Shown piece by piece: positions 38,302-49,164 of a stretch of 64,000 bases of DNA. The position numbers and the translations under genes are program-made. The notes below the pieces were generated by a model. That model did not search any database. It was not told the origin of the DNA and saw only the letters and a program-made list of their open reading frames with translations. Position 1 is the first letter of the stretch; each line of letters opens with the position of its first letter. Source of the stretch: Vicugna vicugna (taxonomy: Eukaryota); assembly GCA_013265495.1 (NCBI GenBank), contig MU061579.1, forward strand, positions 2,415,319 through 2,479,318. The letters run 5' to 3'.

Positions 38302-38866
38302 ATATAATATATATATATGTATATAATTATATATACGTATATGTATATATATGTATATATATTATATATTATATATACGTATATAAATATATATGTATAT
38401 ATATTATATATATATAGTGAAATACTACTTGGCCACAAAAAGAATGAAATATTGCCATTTGCAGCAACATGGATGGACCTGGAAATTATCATATGAATGA
38501 AGTAAGTCAGACAAAGGTAAATATTAAGTGATATCACTTCTATTTGGAATCTAAAAAATAATACACATGAATTTTTTTACAAAACAGAAACAGACTCACA
38601 GACATAGAAAAACAAACTTATGGTTACCAAAGGGGAAAGGTGGGGGGATAAATTAGGAGTATGAGATTAACAGTTATGTTCCATTATATATTAAATAGGT
38701 AAACAACAAGACCTACTGTATAGCTCAGGGAACTAGATCCAATATCTTGTAATAATCTATAATGGAAAAGAATCTGAAAAAAACATATATATATATAAAA
38801 CTGAATCACTTTGCTGTATACCTGAAACTAACACAATGTTATAAATCAACAATACTTCAATGAAAA
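37992..38866 (+). mobile_element. L1 3' fragment (decayed ORF2 C-terminus plus 3' UTR) with internal (TG)n(TA)n expansion at ~38258-38416
   Basis: Reads [15 protein letters not shown]...KTWKQPKCLSTDEWIKKMW...KNEILPFAATWMDLEII, the L1 ORF2p C-terminus with stops and frameshifts, then the 3' UTR ending tacttcaatgaaaa. Confidence 0.95.
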
Positions 38867-40829
38867 GTGCTTTATATGAGAGGAAAGAAGATTTGAGAAC
38901 ATATATTGTAATGTTTTTTTCAGCTTCCCTTTTTTCAGTCTTTTTACCTGTATAGAATTATATGTTATATGGAGAAGCAGAGATAAAATGGGCACTGCCT
39001 TCAAGACTACAATCCAAAAATAATATTCTTACAGTTAATAAAGCCTGTATATATTATTTTTAGAATAAATATTCATCCCTAAAGACAATATTGGTATTTA
39101 TTGTAGGATATATATTTTACAACTTTATAGCCAATATTGAAAACTTTGAAGATTTGACATCGTTCCTAGAAGGTGACTCTAAATTGATACTTGCAACTCT
39201 CTCAGAAGCACCCACTTCACACTTTACAGTAAAACCAATATATAGTGGCTAACACATTTGATTAACTTAAAAAACTCATCTGGATCATTATTATTTTGTA
39301 TAAATTTCCTTAATGACAAGAATTCATCAACTCTTCTCCCTTCTCATGGTGAGTGAAGATCCAGTTTGCTGGCAGTTCAAGACATTGGTGCAAATATCGG
39401 ACGAAGGTTTTAGTAAAGAAAACTACATTTCAAATTGGTGATCACTGATCAGTAAAATCCACCCCCAAGCATTAATCTGCTATTAATACACGGTCTTATA
39501 AATCATTAAGGGTTTTTAGATTTGGGTATTTACATGACCTGCCTACAATATTAACATAATCAAACCTAAATTATTTTCCTTACTTCTAAATATGTGTTTC
39601 ATAATTTGTTTTTTGTTTGTTTATTTTAACCCCTTCTGTCACTGTTTGAATGGCAATTTATTTGCCCCATGTAAATTTCTATTTTTCAAGGATGGATGTA
39701 CATTTGTTAAATATTTCTTAACCTTTGATTACAACTCAAAGGGAAAAAAAAGTGAGTTAAAAAATACACCCTTCTTTCTTCCATCCACCAGAATGTTGGA
39801 AGTATGCAGTGACCCTAACTCTGATATCTTGAACACCACTGAAATTTTATGCCAATTTTGTGGGCACATATCTGCATTTATGTAGAGAGACAGTACGTCT
39901 AGCTTCCATTAGATTATTAAAGTCTATGATACTGGAAGCAACTTGTTTCTAATAGAAGGAAACCCAGGAGACTAGAAGAAACATTATGAAGGCTTTGATC
40001 GTTGCAGTGGAAAAATACACGTGCATGGCTCACACTATCAAAACTGGGTCTATTTGCAGTGGGTAATCAATTGCTAACTTGTGTAATAAATGTCCCCAGT
40101 CTCTTACTGGGTTTGATAAATTCTTGTGATCAGTATCAGAGCATCTTCTCATTTCCAGCACCTTCTCTCTTTTCATTCTCCCTTAATACTCCCTTAACCT
40201 CCAGTGCCTCTAATTTTGCATTCATGAAGAGGGAAGTCAAAATGAAGCCCCATCTCTGATGTGCAGAAATGCATGACTCTCCAGCAGTCACCATACATTT
40301 TTCTGCCGTCGTGCAGTTTTCACTTGCCAACCAGCAGATTCATGTTTGAGTTGATTCAGCAGGACTGCTTGAGACCTGGCGAGCCCAGTCTCCACTGCAT
40401 ATGATAATACCACATTCAGAATGACAGTGGTCTAAGCCTCAGGGCAGGAAATGCTTCTTGAGATTCATTCAATTGATGTTTAACTGAATTTAGCCTAAGG
40501 TACGAGAAAAGTTGCTGATGCTTTCAAACATGTTTAAACATTTAAATATTGTCTTGGCGTGTCAGCCTGAACTAGAGCACTCCTAGGTGAAAAATGCAGT
40601 GAAATCCTGTAATTACAGGACCAGAAATTCCAGAGCTTTCAATGGGGGTCCTCTGCTTGAACTTCTTAATTAAACATGCTTACATTCCTGACAATGTTTG
40701 TACTTTCCACAGTATTGGTCAGTTTGTTGCCCATGATAAGAAGGCATAAAAGAAATAGAATATATTGTTTCCAGATCTCAGGCTGTCGTTTGATTTATTG
40801 CAGATAATAAAATACGTCCACGATCACGA

Positions 40830-41330
40830 TCTCAGTGATCGATTGCTGCATCAAGGCTCTCCCCCTACCCTCTCAACAAACAAACAAAAACAAACAAATA
40901 TAACTTAGGAACGTCAGACAACAAAGACTGGTTACTTTCCATATTTCTGTGGATTGACTCTGTGGCTCTTCTGTGAGTTTTTCCAGGTCCCCCATGGGCT
41001 GCATTCACCTGGGGAGCTCTGCTGGGCCAGCTGAGATAGCTGAGTCTCGCTCTCAAATAGTGTTTCATCTTCTAAGAGGTTAGACCACGCTTTCTCTCAG
41101 GATGGAGATCGCAGGCTTCTCAGGGCAAAAGCAGACGCTGCCAGGACTCTTGAGACCTATCCTGGAAATTACACAGTATCACTCCGCTCATGAAAGCCAG
41201 CCCAGCCTCAAGGGCTTGAGAAATAGAGGCTTGGCAGTAGGTGCAGTGATGACACATTCCGAAGAGGTGTGCATAAGAAGGTGAGAGGAATTTCTGGCTT
41301 AGTTTGCAACTTAAAACAAGCATCTCCATA
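40830..41330 (-). mobile_element. Old MaLR LTR (MLT1H/I-like)
   Basis: ggctgcattcacctggggagctctgctgggc...aaaagcagacgctgccaggactcttgagacctatcctggaaattacacagtatcact...aaagccagcccag. Confidence 0.65.
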
Positions 41331-41890
41331 CGTCATGAAATCTGCATAGCTTGTATGCTAAATGGCTTTTATGTTTTATTTTAGTTTACTATTACTATTT
41401 TTTTTTTTTTGATGTCGAAGAGCACACTGTATTCAAGGTATTTGCTTTGCTTTTTGTTCTCTTTCCTTGATTTTCAGTCTCTTAGTCTTAGGTTATCTTA
41501 TTCCTAATTTTTGACATCTTTAAAATGGAGCTCTTTTATATGTTGTAGCCCATGCAGGCAAAGCAAGATGGCAGTATCTTTGGGGCAAGTCTCTTTCAAG
41601 TCAAAATGACTGTGAGGTTGATCTGTTTCGATTATAAAGATAATTGCAAATAACAGAGCATTTGCCCTTCAGTTTTGAGCAACTGTAATGACACATACTG
41701 AATGAATCTTCTCTGGCAAAAGTCTTAATAAAGAAGTGTTGGGGATGTCTGAAACAGAGTGATCAGTGACCACTGTATTTTCCTACGTAGATGGTAGCTC
41801 TGGTATATTGCAGACTCTGTCAGCATAAATCCATTAGTACTACTGGAAAAGTAACTCAAAATACATTCTTTCTTGATTGATAACTGCTGC

Positions 41891-42204
41891 TAAGTCCACA
41901 GTATGTTATCTGAAACCCTTGGGTACAAATACATCTTAAAATTCAGAATCCATCATATACTAGAAAAGGTAATATCATGCATGTATATTATTTTAAAGAT
42001 CTAAGAGTCTGAGAAAGTGCCCTTAATTAAACACTTTTTTTCCTGTAAAACATATAAATACTCACACTATGTGAGATAAATAAAAAGGAAAAATAACCTT
42101 GTATTGAAGGTCAGATTTGTTGTAAATTTATGGGGGAAAAAAACACTTTGGGTTTTCAAAGCTTTTTTTGAGGACTGAATTATGGATAAGGGATTGTGCA
42201 CCTG
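41891..42204. mobile_element. TcMar-Tigger non-autonomous element, MER46C-like
   Basis: Decayed terminal inverted repeats (taagtccacagtatgttatctgaaacccttggg ... ggataagggattgtgcacctg), ~315 bp. Confidence 0.75.
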
Positions 42205-42211
42205 AAAAATA

Positions 42212-42432
42212 TCTAATGTTTATTGAAGGCCTATTGTGCGTCAGGAATTATTGCAAACACTCTTCCTATGTTAATGTATTTAATCCTCACAATAATCCTA
42301 AGAAGTTAATTCATTCTTCTGTCCCTTATAAGGACGAAGAAATTTAAATTAATCAAGTAACTTGTTCAAAGGTACATATTAAGTGACAAAGTTAGGATAT
42401 GAATCCACGGATCTTGGCTTTGGAGCCTATTC
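42212..42432 (-). mobile_element. MIR SINE
   Basis: tttattgaaggcctattgtgcgtcagg...atttaatcctcacaataatccta...aagtaacttgttcaaaggtacata. Confidence 0.8.
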
Positions 42433-42554
42433 AGTTCATTTCCATTTCATTCATGGAAGACTCCAGACAGAAAAAAACACAAACAAAAACAAAAAACTAC
42501 TTTTTAAATCTCTCCAAGCGCTACCACCAGCTATTTACCTAAATTCTACACTGC

Positions 42555-42760
42555 ACAGACACCATGCTCTAAACTTCATACACATTAACTCTTTATCCCC
42601 ATAATACATGGAGGAGTGGGTATCATTATGTTGCAGACGAGGTGCTCGAGGCTTAGAGAGGCTCAGAGAAAGTATGTCCAAGGTCACACAGCGTATACGT
42701 GATGGGCCCAGAGTCACATTCAGCACTGTTGATACTCCCAGTCTCCTGTCCTTTTCCCGA
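42555..42760 (-). mobile_element. MIR SINE
   Basis: ttgcagacgagg...gaggctcagagaaagtatgtccaaggtcacacagc. Confidence 0.7.
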
Positions 42761-42871
42761 GTTCCACTCTCCCTTGAGGGAAGCGCTCAGGAGATACAGA
42801 TGAGACTGAAATAAGGGTTGGTTCATAGGTGATCCTTATATCTTCTTCTAATTGGTTGGATCAAGTGATTT

Positions 42872-43496
42872 TGTTGCCAGTGATTAAGTTCTTATCTCAC
42901 TGCAGAAATAATCCAGAGGTGGAGGTTAAGAAGGTAAAGGGGGACTTATTAAGGGATGGGTAGTCCGCTCTCAAGGGGACAGCGGGCAGGCTCAGGTGAG
43001 CAACTGCCCTGAGTTTCTTTGGCAAGTTGGTCACATGGCGTGTAAAAATGAATGGGTGGAATATTCGCTGGGGAGGGAAGGGTTTGGGGTTTTTTCCCTG
43101 AGTTGTATCCCAACTCCACCTTCCTGAAGGGAAGAGGAATTTTTGCCCCTATTTAGTCTGGATCAGAAGTGTCGTGGCATTGCTGCATGATGGGCACCTC
43201 TAATGTGCAAGACTAATTTTATTAAAATGAGGGCATAATGAGCAAAAGGTTACATTCTGATACTGGGGATTCCTACTTTTCCCCCCTTTCCTTGTCAGCC
43301 TCCAGGCCACTTGTCACCCCAAGATGCGTCACTGCTTATCAGCCTAGAAGTTCTTTCTCTGCCCAGGGACCCCTGTAGTCTATATGATGTATGGTTTCCT
43401 GTATTTGGCCTGTGCCCCTCCTTTTTTGCCCAACTCCCACCGTTTGTCCTGAGTCCCCTTTCTCTGCTTATATCTAGCTATCTGCCTGCTCTAACA
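42872..43496 (-). mobile_element. ERV1-class solo LTR (625 bp), probably antisense to PCDH7
   Basis: TGTTG...TAACA termini with a perfect 4-bp TSD ATTT (42868-42871 and 43497-43500). GC-richer than the flanks. A 4-bp TSD is typical of class I ERVs. Orientation inferred. Confidence 0.8.
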
Positions 43497-46400
43497 ATTT
43501 TGTGATAAACTAAAACACTATTTAGGAAACTTAACCCCTTTGTTGTAGCCCTGGGTAACGCTTACTTGCATAACTGTAAATTTCCCCAAGCTTTTGGATA
43601 TTTAGAGGATCACAGACTGCTTGTCTGAGTCAGTGATTTCTACCTTCTCCATGATCTGCTATGTGCTTACCTTTCTAATCTTCCTAAATCCCTCAGTCAA
43701 AAGGTGGGAATCTTTAGGTCATTTATTTAAAAAAAAAAAAAAAGCCAAGTCTAACTCAGTACACACTTCTGGATCTCATCTGCTCACACCTGAACTTAAC
43801 TGACTACAATAATAGTTTTCCAATAAAAAGTTGTATTTAATCATTTTTTTCCTCAGGTCTATTATATAAGGCAAAAATAAATCATTTTCTGACAGCTATT
43901 TTAAAATAAAGCACTTGATTTAATCATCCGATGAAAGAGATATTTTCATTTGGATTAAAGAAAATAAAGGTAATGTTAAAATACTTGTTGGAAAATCAAC
44001 AAAATTTGTCTTTCTTATTTTTGTTCATCCTTCTGTAAAACCCTTTCATAGTCCACCAGATTCCACCAGAATTAGGTGTATCTCTAGAAAAAGAAATCTT
44101 CTGATAACAGGAAGTCAAGATGTATACAAAGAAAAATAAACACCTGAAAAAGAAAAAAAGGGAAAAGGTGCCTATATGTGCTTTTTTCTCTCCTGAAGAA
44201 GAGAGTAACACAATTTTTATTTGCAAAATTTTGTCAAATACTGTTAAGAATGTGCTAAGTGCACAAGAAAGACATGAATGTCTGAGATGTCTACACACTG
44301 ATTAACAATCCATTTATCTCATGGGGTCAGGGAATTAAGTAATTTGTATATTAAAGAAAGAAGCAATTATGCATATAGCTTTAAATATCTGAGCTTAAGA
44401 CAAACAAAAGAAAAGCTCATTAGAAGTGTTTTAAAACTAAGGGCAACATTTTCATGCCTTCTTTTAGGAAATGGAAATATCCTTGTATCTTCCAGCCCCA
44501 AACCCGGAAAAGAGTCCGTGATCAGGATTCTGGCAAAAGGCGTAACTCAGTCTATCAAAATCTTTACTGGTGCAGAGCTGTCTTTAAGAGCCTTAATGAT
44601 TCCAGGACTCTCCTATAATAACTGATGCCTCTAAGCTTTCTGGATGGTGTAGGACAGCTTCTGGAAACTTCAAATGCCTCCGTAAATCTGGGCTTTCCTT
44701 TTTACTTCTAATGATGCTACGTATTGTCTATTACTTCTTGCTGAGGTCGCTGTAACAGCATCTCACCACCACTCATCTACACTGCCTCGTAAGAACAAAT
44801 GCATTTCATTTTAGAGAAAGAACATGACTTCTTAAATTTGTTATAATTTTCTCCACTTTGGGAAAAGCATAGTTTTAAGAAGGTTGAATTTTTATTTCAT
44901 TAAGTAGTAAAATGGGTGACTTTGTGGCATCTGTTTCCCGGGTTGCTCAGATAATTTTTTTTTCTATTTCTTTGAAGATTGTAGCCTTTCCTTACGGCTT
45001 TGGGTAGCAGTAACTGACCTCTAAATAACCCTGCTGTTACATTTTAAGAAGGAGTGAGATGCTGTTATGGGAAACACTGAAGTGAAAGTCATAACACTTG
45101 CTCTTTGGCCTCAGCTCTCTGAGAGTCTGGACCCCTCACTGCTTCCATCCTCCTTACTGGTGGGTTGAGGTGATAAGTAAAAGGGATGAAGTGTGGGGAA
45201 GTATTTTATATATTATAACTTGTTTGCTTATGACAGCTTTAAACCATGTGCTTTCAAGAGGGAAACTAACATTATCTCTATGAAAGGACTTCAACTTTTC
45301 AGAGTGATGTAATGTTTCTAGTAAATAGCATAACCAGGTGAAAATGGAAAACTCTGCAATTAATGCTAAAGCGACAACAGGATCTGATGAATACTACTTG
45401 CAGTTTTCTCAAGATTTGATCTGACTGTGTGTGTGCGTCATGTGTTGGGGGACCTCTAAGGAGCTGACTTTGTTATGGAAAATACTGCTGGAGAGTTGCA
45501 TTATATTTCAATAAGAACATTTTACTTTTTGAATTGATTTACTCAATACCAACTGAAAAGGGTTGTGATTAACTGTTTTCCGTTTTCACTAAAGTTAAAA
45601 ATTCAACGGACGAGTACTCAACTAAAGTGTGATATAATGTTCTTAGGTATCAAAAACACATCCTTCAAGGAAAGACTGAAAGACTCAGAGGGATTAAAAT
45701 GGAAGATCTGCTTTTATAATCCCACAACAAATGGAATATTTTAAGAGTCTATCATTTATGGAAGGGAGAAAGATGTGTATCTGACGATTCTGTAAGACCC
45801 TATGTAACTTCTCTGTTTTAAAAAATGTATAACATCTACTTGCAGAATTAAAATAAGAAAGTACAGAAACACAGAAAAGTACTATTCCACTCATGCCTTC
45901 CCTTAATAGGTTGCATCATAATATAAATTGCATTTGTTAATCATTGGCATTTCTTTTGAGGATTCATTTGACTCATCAAGGTTGGAAGTTTTGATTGCTT
46001 GTGATGAATCTCTTATAGCCTTTCTTGATTATTTTCTAAATTTGATGACAAACACTGCAACATGTCTCAGCCAATTAGGCTTGTCAACTTCTACTGTGGT
46101 CCCCAATCAAGTCTTTGACTTTGGAAATGACAAGAGATCCTTATTAAAAGTCAAGCTTCTTGGATAGAGATGTGGCAGGCCATATGTGGCTGATGGCAGA
46201 GAAGACGAGCTGCCTTTCATTAAAAGCAATTATAGGAAACCAGTTTTAGCAGGCAATAATCCAGACTATGAAGTAAAGGCTGAGGGAAGGAATTGAAGAT
46301 TATCTCACTCCTAGGTAATTGGAAATTTAGTCAATCTCTATGAATATAATATTTTATGAGCTATAGGAAATTCAGGTACACAAGTTAAGGATAGCAGGTA

Positions 46401-48787
46401 AGAAGAGGTGCTAGAGTCTTCATATAGGTCTATCAGCTCTTTCTAAATGCATCTCAAAGAAAGAAAAAAAAGTGCCAAGAATTTCAAACCAGAAACACAG
46501 ATTAATCCCCGAAAAGCAGCAACCTGTGTAAGTCATTGTATAAGGAAACTGTCACATTGTTTGATACTTAAGTAAACTGAGAGATGATGGGAGACCTTTC
46601 TGGGTCCCTTCAGCAGGGAATGACCATTACGTTCTTAGAGATTTTTCCTATTTTGGTAGCTAAATTTCTGATTATTGTCTTGTGTCCTTGGTAGGCACTG
46701 TTATAAGAGAAAAAGAAAAGTTTGAACTTGTTAAAGCAGTAAAGAAAAAAAAAAGGAATGTTTGGAATACAATGTAGATCTCATCTTACACTCTGCATTT
46801 TTATAAAGTTTTTCTTTCTTCCTGTTCAAAACATTTAGGTCAGCTTCAAATATGCAAAGTATCCCAAGATCGGAAATATTCCCAAAGAACTTAGTTTGCT
46901 GAGTTAAACTAACTAGATTACAAAGCCATTCATAAAATTTGTCAATAGTTTGATTTTTTTTAATGTATCTCAAATATGTGCTTGAGAGACAGAAGGAATT
47001 TAGCATAAAAAGTAAATAGGAAAGTGCCTTTCATTTTTCTTTTGATGATAAAATTGATAGGATCCTCCCAACTGAGAGTCAAGTAGCAACATGTACAACT
47101 ACATAAATAATTATTTTTGTATTTTACCTTTGGAAAAGAGAAAAATAATTCTAGATTTCCTATGAAGAACACTGGCATTTCCTTGCTGAACTCTGAGCAC
47201 ACAGCATAAAAATCTCTGGCCACAGTGGTTCAAAAAATCAATGGGCTGACAAATAACAATACTTCAGTTATCCATCCATCACTGAAAAATAAAGATGCAA
47301 TGTTGGACTGGCTTGATTTAGAAACTTTGGCAAAGTAAAAGTTCTAAAATATACTACACAAATGGTAACCAAATAGGAAAATCATTAGAAACTACAGTGG
47401 ATGGTGTGTGGAGACAAAAGCAGAGGGTGTAACTATATTGGGAATAATTTAAATTACCCTCTCTTCTATTTTAAACCAAATCTACCCAGGATGCATTTGC
47501 AAATCTAATTGATTTCATTTGTTGTGAATATATTTGCAGAGGTTAAATTTTGTCAGTCCTTTTAGTCCCAAGCTTTGCAATAAAATGATACCATATGATA
47601 CAAATTGGAGCACAGTCATATTATGTTCTTTTGTTTGCCAATAAAAGAAACTATAAAATATGTTAAATAAAACCCTAGAGGTTATTTTCTTAGAATCTGT
47701 TGAGGTGAAGCAGGTTTTTCTCTCTCTCACTCTCTTTCTCAAAGAAAAACAAAATCTGTTAAAAAATTTTTATAATAGAAAATATAAAACTATTCTCCAA
47801 AGACAGACACATATATAATGATTTGAATTACGCATACAAGTAAATTTTAACTGCCATCTTTAATCCTGATCCCTGAGAACTCTCTAGATATAACTTAGCT
47901 TTATAAAAATCGAAGACAATTCCGCATTCCATTAGGCAACACCATTAATTAGGACATCCCATTTCATCCAAATTGTAGACGCTTGCCTCGATTTACCCAA
48001 TGCATTGCATTTCACATAATATTTCCATTCAGCAAACGCACTGGCAAGTGTATTTCTACATGAACACTCAGGGGACTATCCTACAGCACATATTAGGTCA
48101 TTAACACGGTGGGGTGGAGGGGGTGTGGGCTAGGGCGGGTAGGTGGTACTGTCAGTATGCTCACACCTGTAATCCACTTGTACTGTGCCTTTTTAAACTT
48201 TTGAACCACATAATGTGTTGTCAGTTCAGGTCCTCCTTCTGAATCACCCTGATGTTTTAGAATGTATTTTAAAATATAAGATTTTGCATATTTGCATTCT
48301 ATGAATAATGTATAAGCAGGAAGGAATCCAATTGGCAAAGGTACACGATTTCTGGGATAATTTATAAATCCAGAAAATTATCTATTTGGGTTTAATAACT
48401 TTTCTTCTGCATGTGAAAAAATTTATACCTATACAAATAGACACACATACTTTATTTCTACTTGAGAGTACACACACGTCCCTGTCCTGTAACCAATGCA
48501 TATATACCTGTCTGTTCTACAGACTTAAATTTTATCTGTCCATTCCTCTCTTTCTATAATATGTGATGCTTTTGCAAAGCCTTATCTTTAATGGCTGTGA
48601 AATAAAAACTGTTCTATGGGATGATGAATTGCAGGGTGTTGGGAAAAAAGGGAAATAATATGCTAAAGGAAATATATACGTAATATAATATTATATTCAT
48701 GTATGTCCCCCCTTCCAATTTCATAAAGGTCAGGAAAGCCTTTTGAGAAATGGCCAGCTTTAACGGCTCCTTCTCCTTGGCTTTCAG

Positions 48788-49164
48788 ATTCAAGACCTCT
48801 TCCAGATGTAGCCCTGACCGGGAAGTGTACCCGCGAGTGTGATGAGTACGGCCACTCCGACTCCTGCTGGATGCCAGTCCGCACTTCTCCGGAGAGGAAG
48901 AAGAGCCAGCCCAAACTCTCCACTTTCATGCCTGTCGATGAACGAGGAAGCCAGGAAAAGCTGGCCAACGGCGAGGCCGCCATCATGGGCGACCGCAACA
49001 GAAACCTCCTGAACAAAAAGTTAACCTCATCCTACGAGACCTTCAGTGCAGCTAGTTTCAGCAAAAATGAGGAAGCCAACACTGAGGATATTCCCCTTAC
49101 CAAAACAGGGGAATACAAGCCATCTCCTGTCAACACTCTCACTAGAAGAGAAGTTTACCTGTAG
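48788..49164 (+). CDS. PCDH7: Terminal coding exon of protocadherin-7, long cytoplasmic-tail isoforms (partial CDS, enters in phase 1)
   Basis: Acceptor ...ccttggctttcag|AT TCA AGA CCT reads (D)SRPLPDVALTGKCTRECDEYGHSDSCWMPVRTSPERKKSQPKLSTFMP...PSPVNTLTRREVYL, TAG at 49162-49164. It contains the delta-protocadherin CM2 motif (CTRECDEYGHSDSCW) and the PCDH7 C-terminus as I recall it. The supplied ORF 48871-49164 is its 3' part. Locally CpG-rich compared with the flanks. Confidence 0.96.

Larger units (their letters stand above)
1..48787 (+). other. PCDH7: Distal part of the last intron of PCDH7 (upstream exon lies outside the window)
   Basis: No cadherin-repeat or CM1/CM3 coding sequence is visible upstream of the terminal exon. 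The region ends in a canonical acceptor (branch-like CTTTAAC 48758-48764, pyrimidine tract, CAG at 48785-48787). Confidence 0.85.

Noticed and set aside
48159..48175. GCTCACACCTGTAATCC resembling an Alu 5' end
   Set aside because: Only ~17 nt, with no Alu body, tail or TSD; likely coincidence.
1..48787. Recursive-splicing sites (pyrimidine tract + AG|GTRAG) in the long intron
   Set aside because: The AGGTAAG instances I noticed (e.g. ~17480, ~33485, ~46397) lack pyrimidine tracts; a by-eye scan could miss some.
48663..49016. 117-aa minus-strand ORF over the PCDH7 exon
   Set aside because: Antisense shadow of a GC-richer coding exon, with no independent gene features.
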